A stretch of 62,934 bases of DNA, filler included, from Octopus bimaculoides (taxonomy: Eukaryota), in the NCBI RefSeq assembly GCF_001194135.2. It is 6 parts of 6 records of this genome, joined end to end, with 100 filler letters (N's around TTAATTAATTAA, not from the genome) between each part and the next. Parts side by side here need not be neighbours in the genome. Positions count along the whole stretch, not along the records: positions 9,347 to 31,276 come from NC_068988.1; positions 31,377 to 52,456 come from NC_068986.1; 4 more parts are not named here. The stretch is one strand, 5' to 3'. The translations under genes and the position numbers were made by a program. The stretch's first letter is position 1, and every line of letters starts with the position of its first letter. Below the pieces are notes generated by a model. The model was not told the origin of the DNA. It saw nothing but the letters and a program-made list of their open reading frames with translations, and ran no database searches. Positions 26,490 through 38,833 of the stretch are shown here, piece by piece.

Positions 26490-27712
26490 CATTACTATCT
26501 GACTGTCGTCCCTTGCTCAGCTTCATGGCTGACCAAGCTGGCTTTTCTGCTTTTGTGGAAGGAACGTATTTTGCTCAACAACTGTTGCGTGGAGGAATGA
26601 ACATGCTATGGCTAATGATGCGCAGATACGCACTGAGGCAACGATATCTCCAGCATTTTCATAAAGGTGAACAGGTGTGGTCGCCGTTTGTTAAGCAGGA
26701 TTTTCCTCAGCTCGTCTCATTGACAGAGCTACAGTCCTGGATTAAACGTAAACAAAGAAAAGGCGCTTGGCACCTGGAGTTTCGGCAAACACTCACAGAT
26801 CCCTGCCAAGTGGGCAACGCGGTCGGTAGAAGTTCCATTAAGGGGTTCTATTGGGGATTAGTGACGGGAAAGAGCGACAACGACCTTGGGGAAGCTTTGG
26901 GTGTCAGAAGGGAGCAATTAACAGGTCTTTTCCGGAGGACCTTTGCGCTGGAGCTGATGAATAACTTCCAGAAATCCCTGGCATGTCAGTGTTACCAGAG
27001 AGCTCTGCCGGTTCGAGACAAACTCTACAGACACGGGGTGGGAGCAGACGGACCTATCCGAGATGTGCGCAGGGCAATGAAACCGTCCTGCACGCACTCG
27101 TCCAGTGTCCGTGCATTACTGAACTTGTGGCGCTTTGTCGAACAGCTGTTATCGCGTGTTGAATGGATCCGGTTACCAGCCAAGTCCATCGTGAAGGTCG
27201 CCTAGCTGCCTTCCTTTGGCCGGGAAAGAAAGATAGTTTTCCTCTATCTAGTGTCTATGGCGAAGGTGGTAGTGTAGTGGACGTGATTAAAAGCATTGAA
27301 GACAGATACTTTCCTCTTCAGCCAAGCCCTCATCAACTTTTTCGAGTTCCACTTGAAAACGAAAGTGAGGGTAGAGGGAGTAGTTCTGCGCTCCCAGTAA
27401 ATTTGTTGAAATGAAATGTGTGTGTATGTGATGAGAATTTCCCGCGTGGATGGGCCTACTCTAAACTTTGGCTTGTAAACCGGAAGTTGAGAAGGAGAGA
27501 GGGGCACTTGGCGGCCTGAATAACCTGATTGTGTGGGATTCTGTGGTTTCCCTCTGAGATAGTCCCCCTTTTAAGGAATTTGTAGTTTAATTTTGCTATT
27601 TGTTTTTGTTACTTATTGTATACACGGCAGTGTTCAACATCCCGTTTGTCCCTTGTATTGTATTGTTCCTATTTGTTTTGTGTTCAGCCCTTGTGGCCAA
27701 TAAAAGAAAGTA
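26490..27712 (+). mobile_element. Tx1/L1-clade LINE 3' part (zf-RVT region plus 3' UTR), frameshifted
   Basis: YYLTVVPC..WLTKLAFLLLWK, GGMNM, ALPVRDKLYRHG..(C)PRCAQGNETVLHALVQC; 3' end gcccttgtggccaataaaagaa. Confidence 0.85.
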
Positions 27713-27736
27713 TTATTATTTTTTTTTATTATTAAG

Positions 27737-28310
27737 AAGGCAGCAAGCTGGCAGAATCGTTAGCACGACGGGTGAAATGCTTAACGTTATTTCGTCCGTC
27801 GTTACGTTCTAAGTTCAAATTCTGCCATGGTCGACATTGCCTTCATCCTGTGGGGGTCGTCAAATTAAGTACCAGCTACGCACTGGGTCGATGTAATCGA
27901 CTTACTTCTCCCGCCAAATGTCAGGCCTTGTGCCTATAGTAGAAAGGATTATTACTATTATTAAGGCCGCGAGGTGGCAGAATCATTAGTGCGCCGTCAA
28001 AATGCTTAGCAGTATTTCGTCCGTCTTTACATTCTGGGTTCAAATCCCGCCGGGGTCGATTTTGCCTTTCATTCTTTCGGGGTCGATTAAATAAGTACCA
28101 GTTACGCACTGGGGTCGATGTAATCGACTAGTCCTCTCTCCCAAAATTTCTGGCCTTGTGCCTTTAGTGGAAATGATTATTATTCCACCAAGTTTGACTT
28201 TGCTTTTCATCCTTCCGAAAAAGTACCAGAAGAGCTCTGGTGTCGATGTAATCGACTTACTCCCTCCCCTCAAAAACTGCTGGCACGGTGTCAAAATTTG
28301 AAACTATTAT
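27737..28310 (+). mobile_element. Tandem array of about 2.5 copies of a tRNA-derived SINE (further copy at about 59160-59370)
   Basis: gctggcagaatcgttagc..gttcaaattc..ggggtcg..aagtaccag..ggtcgatgtaatcgact repeated. Confidence 0.75.
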
Positions 28311-28319
28311 TATGACTTG

Positions 28320-28657
28320 TTGGCACTCCGTCGAGGGTTCCAGTTGATCCAATCAACGGAACAACCTGCTCGTGAAATTAACGTGCAAGTGGCTGAGCAC
28401 TCCACAGACACGTGTACCCTTAACGTAATTCTCGGGGATATTCAGCGTGACACAGAGTGACAAGGCTGAGCCTTTGAATTACAGGCACAACAGAAACAGG
28501 AAGTAAGAGTGAGAGAAAGTTGTGGTGAAAGAGTACAGCAGGGTTCGCCACCATCCCCTGCCGGAGCCTCGTGGAGCTTTAGGTGTTTTCGTTCAATAAA
28601 CACCCACCACGCCCGGTCTGGGAATCGAAACCGCGATCCTATGACCGCGATTCAGCT
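28320..28657 (-). mobile_element. tRNA-derived SINE, second family, truncated by gap
   Basis: Nearly identical to 29860-30215; minus-strand B-box ggtttcgattcc. Confidence 0.8.
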
Positions 28658-29667
28658 NNNNNNNNNNNNNNNNNNNNNNNNNNNNNNNNNNNNNNNNNNN
28701 NNNNNNNNNNNNNNNNNNNNNNNNNNNNNNNNNNNNNNNNNNNNNNNNNNNNNNNNNNNNNNNNNNNNNNNNNNNNNNNNNNNNNNNNNNNNNNNNNNNN
28801 NNNNNNNNNNNNNNNNNNNNNNNNNNNNNNNNNNNNNNNNNNNNNNNNNNNNNNNNNNNNNNNNNNNNNNNNNNNNNNNNNNNNNNNNNNNNNNNNNNNN
28901 NNNNNNNNNNNNNNNNNNNNNNNNNNNNNNNNNNNNNNNNNNNNNNNNNNNNNNNNNNNNNNNNNNNNNNNNNNNNNNNNNNNNNNNNNNNNNNNNNNNN
29001 NNNNNNNNNNNNNNNNNNNNNNNNNNNNNNNNNNNNNNNNNNNNNNNNNNNNNNNNNNNNNNNNNNNNNNNNNNNNNNNNNNNNNNNNNNNGTGTGTGTG
29101 ATAAAACATAGCACACATTTTCTGCAAACCAGGCCGCTATTATTGATTAGTACAATCTGGCTTACAAGCAACAGTCTATGGATCTGCTCGGTCGGTTAAC
29201 AGTGAGCAGTATGAGTTAGAGAAACATTTAACAGTACATTCACTCGATGAAGTTTCATTTTAGACTGATAGGATGGACACGTTGCTATGCTGAATGAATG
29301 AACTCACGCAATACTATAACAACTGCTGTTTATTATAAACAGATATGTTAATGCTTCAACAATGTGGAAATGTTATTCAACCCCGATCGTCCTCTCTCCC
29401 GCCTCCTCTCATACTTTGTCATTATGCTCCAACGAGGTGTTTCGATATGCTTCTCTGACGAAACACAAAGATAAAGGCCGACCGGTACTCAAACGTTCTG
29501 TTCATAGTACTAACTAATCGATCGCTTGAAGGTGCGTGTGTAAGTACTTGTGTATGTGCGAGGACGTGAATGTTGTGTGTATGCATACAAGGATGCTTAT
29601 ATGAATATGCATATATATATATATATATATATATGTGTCACGCGCCTCCGTATATATGTGTGAGCGT

Positions 29668-29705
<38 letters not shown>

Positions 29706-29711
29706 GTGTTT

Positions 29712-29750
<39 letters not shown>

Positions 29751-29859
29751 GGTTTGAGCATGCAAATTTTCATTAAGATACTCACCACTTTAAATTTCCA
29801 AATTTTAATAGATACACACACATATGTATTATGCGTGAATATATATGTATGTTGTTGTT

Positions 29860-30317
29860 GTTGGCACTCCGTCGCTTACGACATCGAGGGTTCCAGTTGA
29901 TCTTTTTTATTTTTTTCACAGCCTGCTCGTGAAATTAACGTGCAAGTGGCTGAGCACTCCACAGACACCTGTACCCTTAACGTAGTTCTCGGGGATATTC
30001 AGCGTGACACAGAGTGACAAGGCTGGCCCTTTGAATTACAGGCACAACAGAAACAGGAAGTAAGAGTGAGAGAAAGTTGTGGTGAAAGAGTACAGCAGGG
30101 TTCGCCACCATCCCCTGCCGGAGCCTCGTGGGTCTTTTAGGTGTTTTCGCTTAATAAACACTCACAACGTCCGGTCTAGGAATCGAAACCGCGATCCTAT
30201 GACCGCGAGTCCGCTGCCCTAACCACTGGGCCTAAGCACTGGGCCTAACCACTGGGCCATTGCGCCTCTGGGCCATTGCGCCTCTGGGCCATTGCGCCTC
30301 TGGGCCATTGCGCCTCC
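29860..30317 (-). mobile_element. tRNA-derived SINE, second family, with reiterated 5' A-box
   Basis: Reverse complement reads ggaggcgcaatggcccagtggttagg..ggtttcgattcc; 16-mer ctgggccattgcgcct x4 at 30252-30315. Confidence 0.8.
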
Positions 30318-30782
30318 ACATACGTATGTACGTGTGCCCATTCTAGCATAGTATCCGCAATAAATTAGAGCGTTCATTTCTGTCTCGTTTTAGTAATAGT
30401 TCATTTATTTGTTTCAGTCCTTGCTCCATTTCTTTTGCTTTATCTTGTTTTGTCTTCTTAATCCCGAACTTTACTTCTGCTTTTTATTGTTTCTGGTTCT
30501 TTTGCAGTAAATCATTTCAAATTACACCAACTAATGACTTGTGAATTTTCTCGCTTTCTTCTGCAAATCGAAGTCCAGCAATTCCTTTGTAACTGTCAAT
30601 CTCTACTCTGTTCGCTTTGTAGTTAATTACATGTTGCATGTTTGAAAAGTCGTCTGTTCATTTCCTTACTCTTACGCACTTACTCCCATCCGCTATAGTC
30701 ACTGGCACATATACCTCTTTATTGCCTCTCTTTCTTCATCTCCCTATACAGAACTCTCCCACTCTCCTCTCCTCTCACTCTC

Positions 30783-30828
<46 letters not shown>

Positions 30829-31375
30829 CTCCTCTCATTCAAAATGCCTTTACCCTTTATGTCCAAATTCCCCCTAGCACGCAGACATTTCGACAACATA
30901 CACAAATTGCTCTCTCTTTCTCCTTCAATCTACCTGTCTCTGCCTATCTATCTATCTATCTATCTGACGGACGTGCTGTCACATCGGCTGCAGAGGTAAA
31001 CGTTTATTTGACCTTTTATTGTCCACATTTTGTTGGAATTTTTTAATATTTTTGTTGCGAAGCACCTAGGCTTCATTTTTGTGTATTTTCAAGGGCAGGA
31101 ATTGGCCCCCAGGGGCATTTTCGGCCGTAGCCAAATACAAAAATTTCTTTCTCGACATTTGAAAAATGTCGAGAAACATAATTTTGGAACGCTTGTCTTG
31201 TTCTTTTGATGAGCATTTCCCGAGGCTTCAGATGCCAGAAGAGAAAAAAGAACAGAGTAGCACGTGCTCACACAGTNNNNNNNNNNNNNNNNNNNNNNNN
31301 NNNNNNNNNNNNNNNNNNNNTTAATTAATTAANNNNNNNNNNNNNNNNNNNNNNNNNNNNNNNNNNNNNNNNNNN

Positions 31376-31614
31376 NCGGGTGGCACATAAAAGACACCAT
31401 TTCGAGCGTGGCCGTTTTCGTGCGGGTGACACGTAAAAGCACCCACTACACTCTCTGAGTGGTTGGCGTTAGGAAGGGCATCCAGCTGTAGAAACTCTGC
31501 CAAATCAGACTGGAGCCTGGTGTTGCCATCCGGTTTCACCAGTCCTCAGTCAAATCGTCCAACCCATGCTAGCATGGAAAGCGGACGTTAAACGATGATG
31601 ATGATGATGATGAT
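31376..31614 (+). mobile_element. Young (GAT)n-tailed element, truncated by gap
   Basis: About 4 differences from 122-345 and 2 from the 43680-43905 copy. Confidence 0.85.
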
Positions 31615-32439
31615 TAAAAAAATAAAACTTCCGTCTTCTCCCATGAAAAGAGTTTCACATTTTGCTTTTGTGTAAAATACAAGCACATAGCTTAATAAAT
31701 GGAATAATATTGTAGATTCTTAGAGTTATTGCTTAGCTTCAAATCAGTTATGATCATGCAAATTTACAAGCAAAAATGTTCCAACCATAACAATCTTGTC
31801 TTATATTCAGATAAAGTGTATGAATGTATCTAGGACTACTTTTTCCAAATGCTTACACCTACTCTTATTTAAGACAGTAAGGTGTGTGTATTTGAGGGAG
31901 ATTCAGCAACTTTTTCCAGTAGATTAAGCAATCATGTGAAAGTTCTCACACCGACTCATTGCCAAACAATGTAGTGGTGGTGGTAATGATAGTGGTTTGT
32001 AATGTAGTAACCAAACACCCAGTCATCATATAATGATTCAAGGCTGGACTTACATGTGTTTTCTTAGGGTCTTCAAGGACTTGAAATCATCACTGCAAGC
32101 TTACAAAAACACTTGTAATTTTGACTGTGTTCCCTACAGTGTTTTTCCCATTGTCTGCAAACCTCTCAAACTCATTAGTTATAGTCACACCACCACCACC
32201 TTGCTAGCCCTGGTCAAACCATCCAACCCATACCAGCATGGAAAAGGGAGGTTAAATGACGACGATGATTATTGGACTCACTGTAATGAGAACTGAACTG
32301 GAAACAGAGGGTTACCAGATTTTGATACTGGAAATAACACCCGTTTCGTACTTTAGCTTCTCCTCAATACTACACTGAGTTGATGGGTCTTGTCTTGCAA
32401 ATCATTTGGTGACCCCATTAGTGTTGGTGCCACAAAAAA

Positions 32440-32614
32440 AAAAAAAAAGAACTCAATACACACTGTAAAGTGGTTGGTATTAGGAAGGGCATCCAGTCAT
32501 AGAAACCATGCCAAAGCAGATACTGGAATTTGACAGTCCTTTGTCTTGTTGGATTCTGTGGAACCATTCAACTGATGCCAGGATGGAAGGCAGACATTAA
32601 ATGATGATGATGAT
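32440..32614 (+). mobile_element. Diverged (GAT)n-tailed element
   Basis: gtggttggtattaggaagggcatccag..ccatgccaaag..cattaaatgatgatgatg. Confidence 0.7.
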
Positions 32615-33175
32615 TGTTATTGAAGCTAACAAGTATTAATCAGTAACAGCTAGACTTAAAATGTTTTCCAAATGTTAATTTATATTGATTTTATGACATT
32701 CATTCAAATGAATTGATTTATGCAGCTCTATTCACATGATTGTTTTAATCTGAGATGTGTGTGGATGTAGGCAACAGATTGATAAAGGTGGGAGGAAAGA
32801 CAGCAGGGGAGAGGCAAATCACTGTGAAAGATAGATAGAATGAGAGAGAGAGAGAGAGAAAAGATAGAATGACAGGACAGGAAGACAGATATAAAGTGGA
32901 AATTTGCAGAATAGAGACAATGAAGAGTGTGAAGGGACGAGTCTGGTGATGTGGAGAGGGAAAACTTCTATGAGAGGGTAAATGTTGATCTTTCATAAAA
33001 ACAAAATAAAGGGCTCAGGTGCAGATCCAAGGCCTCGAGACCTTCAGAAACTTTGGATATTTTATTTAGTTTATGTAAAATTTTGCATAGGGAAACTTCT
33101 GTGCAGCTGCTCAACCTGCTAAAATGGTGACTAAATCTCCATTAAATCACATCCTAACATAAGTTAGAGCTTCAG

Positions 33176-33395
33176 CCCTTTGGTATTCAGTACATTCTGT
33201 CAAAAGCAATGTTTATTTATCCATATTGTTTTTAATTAATCCTACATTATTTCTGAGCTTCAAGATTTTGATGATGTGATTGTTTATTTTTAAAATGACT
33301 CTGTAGGGTAGGTATGAAAGGCCAGATATGATCAGTTTGAAGATAAAACAGATAGAATATTTTGACTGGTTATGACCGGTTTAAATGCTAAAGTG
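33176..33395. mobile_element. Degenerate piggyBac-like (TTAA) MITE
   Basis: ccctttggtattc ... aatgctaaagtg|ttaa imperfect termini. Confidence 0.4.
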
Positions 33396-33724
33396 TTAAA
33401 CTATCAAAACTAAACTTCACCACCACCACCACCACCATCATTTAACCTCTGTTGTCCATGCTTGACAGAAGTGATAAGCTGAGGGGCTGCACCAGACTCT
33501 TTTATGTGCCAATGGCATAGCACCAATATCTACCATGACTACAATTTCACTTGGCTTGATGAGTCGTCTTCTCCAGCACAGCATATTGCCAAAGATCACA
33601 GTCATTTGTCATTGCCTCCAAGAGACCCAACACTCGAAAGATTCTTTTTACATGTGCTACCAGCACTGGTACTAGTTACACAACACCGGCACATTGCGTC
33701 TATGAGGCCAAATGCTTGAAAGGA

Positions 33725-33945
33725 TTTAGTAGATAGAAACTGAAAGAAGCCCGTTGCATGTATGTATGTATGTCTCTTTGCACCCCCCCAACATCACTTG
33801 ACATCCGATGCTGGTGTGTTTACGTCGCCGTAACGTAACAGTTCGGCAAAAAGAGACTGATAGGCTTACAAAGAATAAGTCCTGGGGTCGATTTGCTCGA
33901 CTAAAAGGTGGTGCTCCAGTCAAATGACTGAAAGAAGTAAAAGAA
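33725..33945 (+). mobile_element. 3' half of the CORE-like composite SINE
   Basis: ggtgtgtttacgtcgccg..gttcggcaaaaagagac..ggggtcgatttgctcgactaaa..aatgactgaaagaagtaaaag. Confidence 0.75.
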
Positions 33946-35585
33946 TATCTACAAAAACACATGAAACACAAAGAAAAGTGGAAACAAAAACAGGTTTGTT
34001 TTATTCACATTTTAAAAGTCAATTTGCTTTGGTGATCAACAAGAATGTAAAAATACAAATAAAAAAAAACATTTATTACAAAAATATGGATATGCTGCTG
34101 CCTTAAACCATTCTTTTCCAGTTCCAGAGTTCTTATGTGTCTCAGAAATGTTCAGCAACTTTTGTCACATTAAGAAGAATAAACTTATAGAAAGGCACAT
34201 TATGAGATCTCCAATGGCAACAAATTAAAACACAGATTAACCAACAACAAACAGTCATAATTATGAAATTGATGAACCAAACTTGAAAATAGACATCCAT
34301 AAAAGGAACTGCGATCCGGGTTAAATCAGTCGAAAGTTGAAAAAGCCAATTGAAGTACTTTTATAGACCCAGTTTCTGTTAGAAAAATGGCACAAAAGGA
34401 ACTGTAAATGGAAATAATTGAATCACAGACTAAGGAACTTCTATAACAAAGATTTTACGATAAATCTTTATTGCACTTCTTTTTTAAAACTTATTATTCT
34501 TGAAGAATCCTACCTTTATGAGAAAATAATACTATTTGATAATACTAATAAATAAATGATTGTAAGCTTTTTTCTGAAATCGAAGTGGTGAAGTAAAACA
34601 AGACCAAGATTAATAGAAGACAATTTATGAGCTGCAACCTCTCAGATGTCACCAAATATTGAATGCTTAGTTATTTTTATAACAATATACACACATATTT
34701 CTTATAAAAGAAATTTTCTTTAAAAATATTTGTATGATTTGTTTAGAGTAATATGCAGTGTACTAAATGCTACATTATGTTTGTTAAATTATAAATTGAA
34801 AGATTCGTCCTTCAATGTATAATGAGCAAAATTTCATAAGGTCCATACTTGAAAAAGAGACGTTCTTGTGTTGAAGTTACAGATGACGGAATACAAACTG
34901 ACAACCACTGAGTCTGTTGTCTGATCTTCAATTGATTTAGTCTAATATCTTACTGATTGACAGCTAAATAAATATTAAGGTTTATCATAAAGAAGTAACT
35001 GGTTCTACAAATTGAAGTAAAATGGTTTCATTTAAATATTAGAATATTATTTGTTCCATGTTGCATTTTCAAAAACCAAAAGTTACTAGTACCTTAAATA
35101 TAGAAATAAATTTTGATCTGAATGAGTAGCTAAACGAAGATAACACCACAAGACAATTCATCATGCAACAATGAAAATCTAATCAGTAATCTTTAAACCA
35201 TAGTGGAAATTAAAAATGTGAAACTACAATGCATGAATATCATTTGTGATATAAAAACTTATTTGCATTTTCCCATAAAGGCCCATTTTAAAAATGTTCC
35301 AATCAACAAAAGCAAAAAAGCAAAAATATGAACCAAAAACTAAAGAGATTTTGTGTGCATATCTAGTATTTGTTTCAAACATTGAATGGCAACACCACAG
35401 CCAACTGACAGAAACCAATGAAAAAGTCTCTTCTTTCTTCTAAAATATTGCAAGTTTTAGACAACATCATACAATTTGTTCATTTAGCAATTTGATAAAT
35501 TGTTAGATTTTTGTTGCTTACCCTCCACCCAAACAGATTTATTTCTGAAAATTTGCTTTCTTTTTGTTAGCCTTGAATTTTCTTC

Positions 35586-35846
35586 TTAAACACTAGAATC
35601 TTCACCATTGATATCATTATCCGTCATTTCATTACATTTGCCCACGCCATCCTCATCACTGTCATTTTCTTCAGCAGGAGAATCACCATCACAGTTGTCT
35701 TTCTTCACCAAATCTAATCCATTGTCTTTATTACTACTACTGCTGCTGTTTGAATGTTGACTTGCTGTGTCAGAGTCTAACAAATCTACACCAGAGTCAG
35801 CATCCGATTCTTCATTTGCTTTATCACTAAAAGTATCTTGGTTTTT
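35586..35846 (-). CDS. SRA/YDG-only protein, last coding exon (acidic tail KNQDTFSDKANEESDADSG...EDSSV*)
   Basis: Acceptor ttctatcttacag|AAA in phase 0 matches the upstream exon; 261 bp open to TAA. Confidence 0.75.
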   Translation of the reverse strand, partial: KNQDTFSDKANEESDADSGVDLLDSDTASQHSNSSSSSNKDNGLDLVKKDNCDGDSPAEENDSDEDGVGKCNEMTDNDINGEDSSV

Positions 35847-36080
35847 CTGTAAGATAGAACAAAGATCATCAAAACCTGAGAAACGAAGACAAAATAATAA
35901 TTCAATGCAGTAAACTTAAGAAAGAATGATCAAATGCTTGCTTTATTGGGTCATCTCATCTATTTACATTCTGCTACAGACACACTGTTCAGACATCTGG
36001 GTTTTTAAGAAATCAAGTTTTTATTAGAAATCAGTGTTTATGCACCAATAGTTACCACCATGGTCACTGGAGTGTAGACC

Positions 36081-37186
36081 GCTTCAGTTATACACTCATT
36101 ATCTGACATACAGCATCAGTTATACACTCATTATCTGACATACAGCATCAGTTATACACTCATTATCTGACATACAGCTTCAGTTAAACACTCATTATCT
36201 GACATACAGCTTCAGTGATACACTCATTATCTGACATACAGCATCAGTGATACACTCATTATCTGACATACAGCTTCAGTTATACACTCATTATCTGACA
36301 TACAGCTTCAGTTATACACTCATTATCTGACATACAGCATCAGTTATACACTCATTATCTGACATACAGCATCAGTTATACACTCATTATCTGACATACA
36401 GCATCAGTTATACACTCATTATCTGACATACCNNNNNNNNNNNNNNNNNNNNNNNNNNNNNNNNNNNNNNNNNNNNNNNNNNNNNNNNNNNNNNNNNNNN
36501 NNNNNNNNNNNNNNNNNNNNNNNNNNNNNNNNNNNNNNNNNNNNNNNNNNNNNNNNNNNNNNNNNNNNNNNNNNNNNNNNNNNNNNNNNNNNNNNNNNNN
36601 NNNNNNNNNNNNNNNNNNNNNNNNNNNNNNNNNNNNNNNNNNNNNNNNNNNNNNNNNNNNNNNNNNNNNNNNNNNNNNNNNNNNNNNNNNNNNNNNNNNN
36701 NNNNNNNNNNNNNNNNNNNNNNNNNNNNNNNNNNNNNNNNNNNNNNNNNNNNNNNNNNNNNNNNNNNNNNNNNNNNNNNNNNNNNNNNNNNNNNNNNNNN
36801 NNNNNNNNNNNNNNNNNNNNNNNNNNNNNNNNNNNNNNNNNNNNNNNNNNNNNNNNNNNNNNNNNNNNNNNNNNNNNNNNNNNNNNNNNNNNNNNNNNNN
36901 NNNNNNNNNNNNNNNNNNNNNNNNNNNNNNNNNNNNNNNNNNNNNNNNNNNNNNNNNNNNNNNNNNNNNNNNNNNNNNNNNNNNNNNNNNNNNNNNNNNN
37001 NNNNNNNNNNNNNNNNNNNNNNNNNNNNNNNNNNNNNNNNNNNNNNNNNNNNNNNNNNCGCTTCAGTTATACACTCATTATCTGACATACAGCATCAGTT
37101 ATACACTCATTATCTGACATACAGCATCAGTTATACACTCATTATCTGACATACAGCATCAGTTATACACTCATTATCTGACATAC
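36081..37186. repeat. 32-bp minisatellite cagttatacactcattatctgacatacagc(a/t)t in the last intron, interrupted by a gap
   Basis: About 11 units before and about 4 after the N-run; period 32 (36085 to 36117). Confidence 0.95.
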
Positions 37187-37603
37187 CCTCCGATCTATAC
37201 ACCTTTGGGTCTCTATTACAGATTGAGCCAGGTATGATTAGTAAGTCAACTGGTTGAACCACGAATTGAACCTGTAACCCAGACTGCTTACTGAGGTCTT
37301 AACACCAATTGAAACTGCTCACATCTTTACACTAGGCACAGGGGATGGCTTCAGTCATTTAAACCAACTTTGATGGAATTAGAGAAGAACTTCGTAATGT
37401 AAGACACCATATCATAAGTCTAGCATTAAACAATGTTATGTAGAATACTGAAAACATTATAAAATGCACTTGAGGTATGTACGCTGCTGTTTCTAGTAGC
37501 CCAAGTGACTACATAGAGGCTCTATCAAAAAGTTATACCATTGCTTTTATTCTACAGCACTCATTAGCATAATTAAACAATAAGCAATCTACAATCAGCT
37601 TAC

Positions 37604-37713
37604 CATAGTCCATGGAGGAGGAGCTTGGTTGGGACAGCGCCGGAGTGCAAATTTCCACACACCAAAACCAGAAAGACCAATGGTGTACCAATATTTTTCC
37701 ACAGTGTAGAGGC
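37604..37713 (-). CDS. SRA/YDG protein exon: (G)LYTVEKYWYTIGLSGFGVWKFALRRCPNQAPPPWTM
   Basis: ag|GC...ATG|gtaag; SRA C-terminal segment completing the YDG motif. Confidence 0.93.
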
Positions 37714-37934
37714 CTATAGCATGAAGAAAAAGAAAATATAAAAATACATGCAAAACAACTTTGAATCACATGGCTTTGCAATGTCCAGGGATATAATAGA
37801 AGATGATTGCCCAAGGTACCGTGCAATGGGATTAAACTCTAAGCAACATGGTTGAGAATCTAATTTAACCACATAGCCATGCCAGTGTTAAGCTCAGAAA
37901 GCCAGTTCAGCCATCTTAATAAAATAATCCTTAC

Positions 37935-38088
37935 CATCATAACGATATCCTTCTTCAGGGGCAAAATCACTCTGGGATTTATAACCTCGGATCACTCTAA
38001 CAGGCCTTCCTAGTTCACAGTTGCGGCTCAGAGCTAAGTTTCCTCGAGTCAATGTTTGGTCTTTAGACTGTGGTGCTGTTCTTAAATT
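37935..38088 (-). CDS. SRA/YDG protein exon: NLRTAPQSKDQTLTRGNLALSRNCELGRPVRVIRGYKSQSDFAPEEGYRYD
   Basis: ttttcag|...G|gtaag; PVRVIRG and APxxGYRYDG are SRA hallmarks. Confidence 0.95.
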
Positions 38089-38419
38089 CTGAAAAGGTGA
38101 AAAAAAAAAAAACTGTTTTTAAAAAATCTGAGAAGATTCATAGCAATCTGAGTAAGCAATAGTTAATTCTGTAAGAGTTGATTGTGGAAGACGTTTGCCA
38201 AGGGAACCACACAGTGGGACTGAACCCAAGGCTGCCTGGTTAGGAAGCAAGTTTCTTAACCACACAGCTACACTTCAGTTGTAGTACACTAACCAACAGT
38301 AAAAATAAAATAACTACTGAATTTAGTTAGCGATAAGGCCAAAACTTTCTCTTTATTCATACATTTTTGGGGTTGTGTCAATGTAAGAAATTCTTATTGT
38401 TTCTTCACACACCTGCAGA

Positions 38420-38815
38420 ATCATCATCATCATCAGCGTTTAACATCCACTTTCCATGCTGGCATGGGTTGGATGGTTTTACTGGGGACTGGTAGGCCAG
38501 GAGGCTGCATCAGGCTCCAATCTCATCTGGCAAAGTTTCTACAGCTGGATGCCCTTCCTAACACCAACCACTCGGAGAGTGTAATGGGTGCTTTTACGTG
38601 CCACGGGCACGAGGGCCAGTCAGGCGGTACTGGCACCGACCACACTTAAAAGGTGTTTTTTATGTGCCACCTGCACAGGAGCCAGCCCGGCAGCACTGGC
38701 ACCGACCTCGCTCAAATGTCTTTTACGTGCCAGTAAGGCAACGCTGGCAATGATCATGCTCGAATGGTGCTTTTTAAGTGCCATCAGCAAGGGAGCCAGT
38801 CAGTGGCCCTGGCAA
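38420..38815 (-). mobile_element. Intronic (GAT)n-tailed element
   Basis: catcatcat..gtttaacatccactttccatgctggcatgggttgga.. plus modular body. Confidence 0.8.
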
Positions 38816-38833
38816 TGAAGAAATACAACTTAC

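Noticed and set aside
26513-27205. 230-aa ORF as a host gene
   Set aside because: Frameshifted Tx1/L1 ORF2 C-terminus.
36081-37186. CRISPR-like array
   Set aside because: Units are contiguous with no unique spacers, and the context is a eukaryotic intron.
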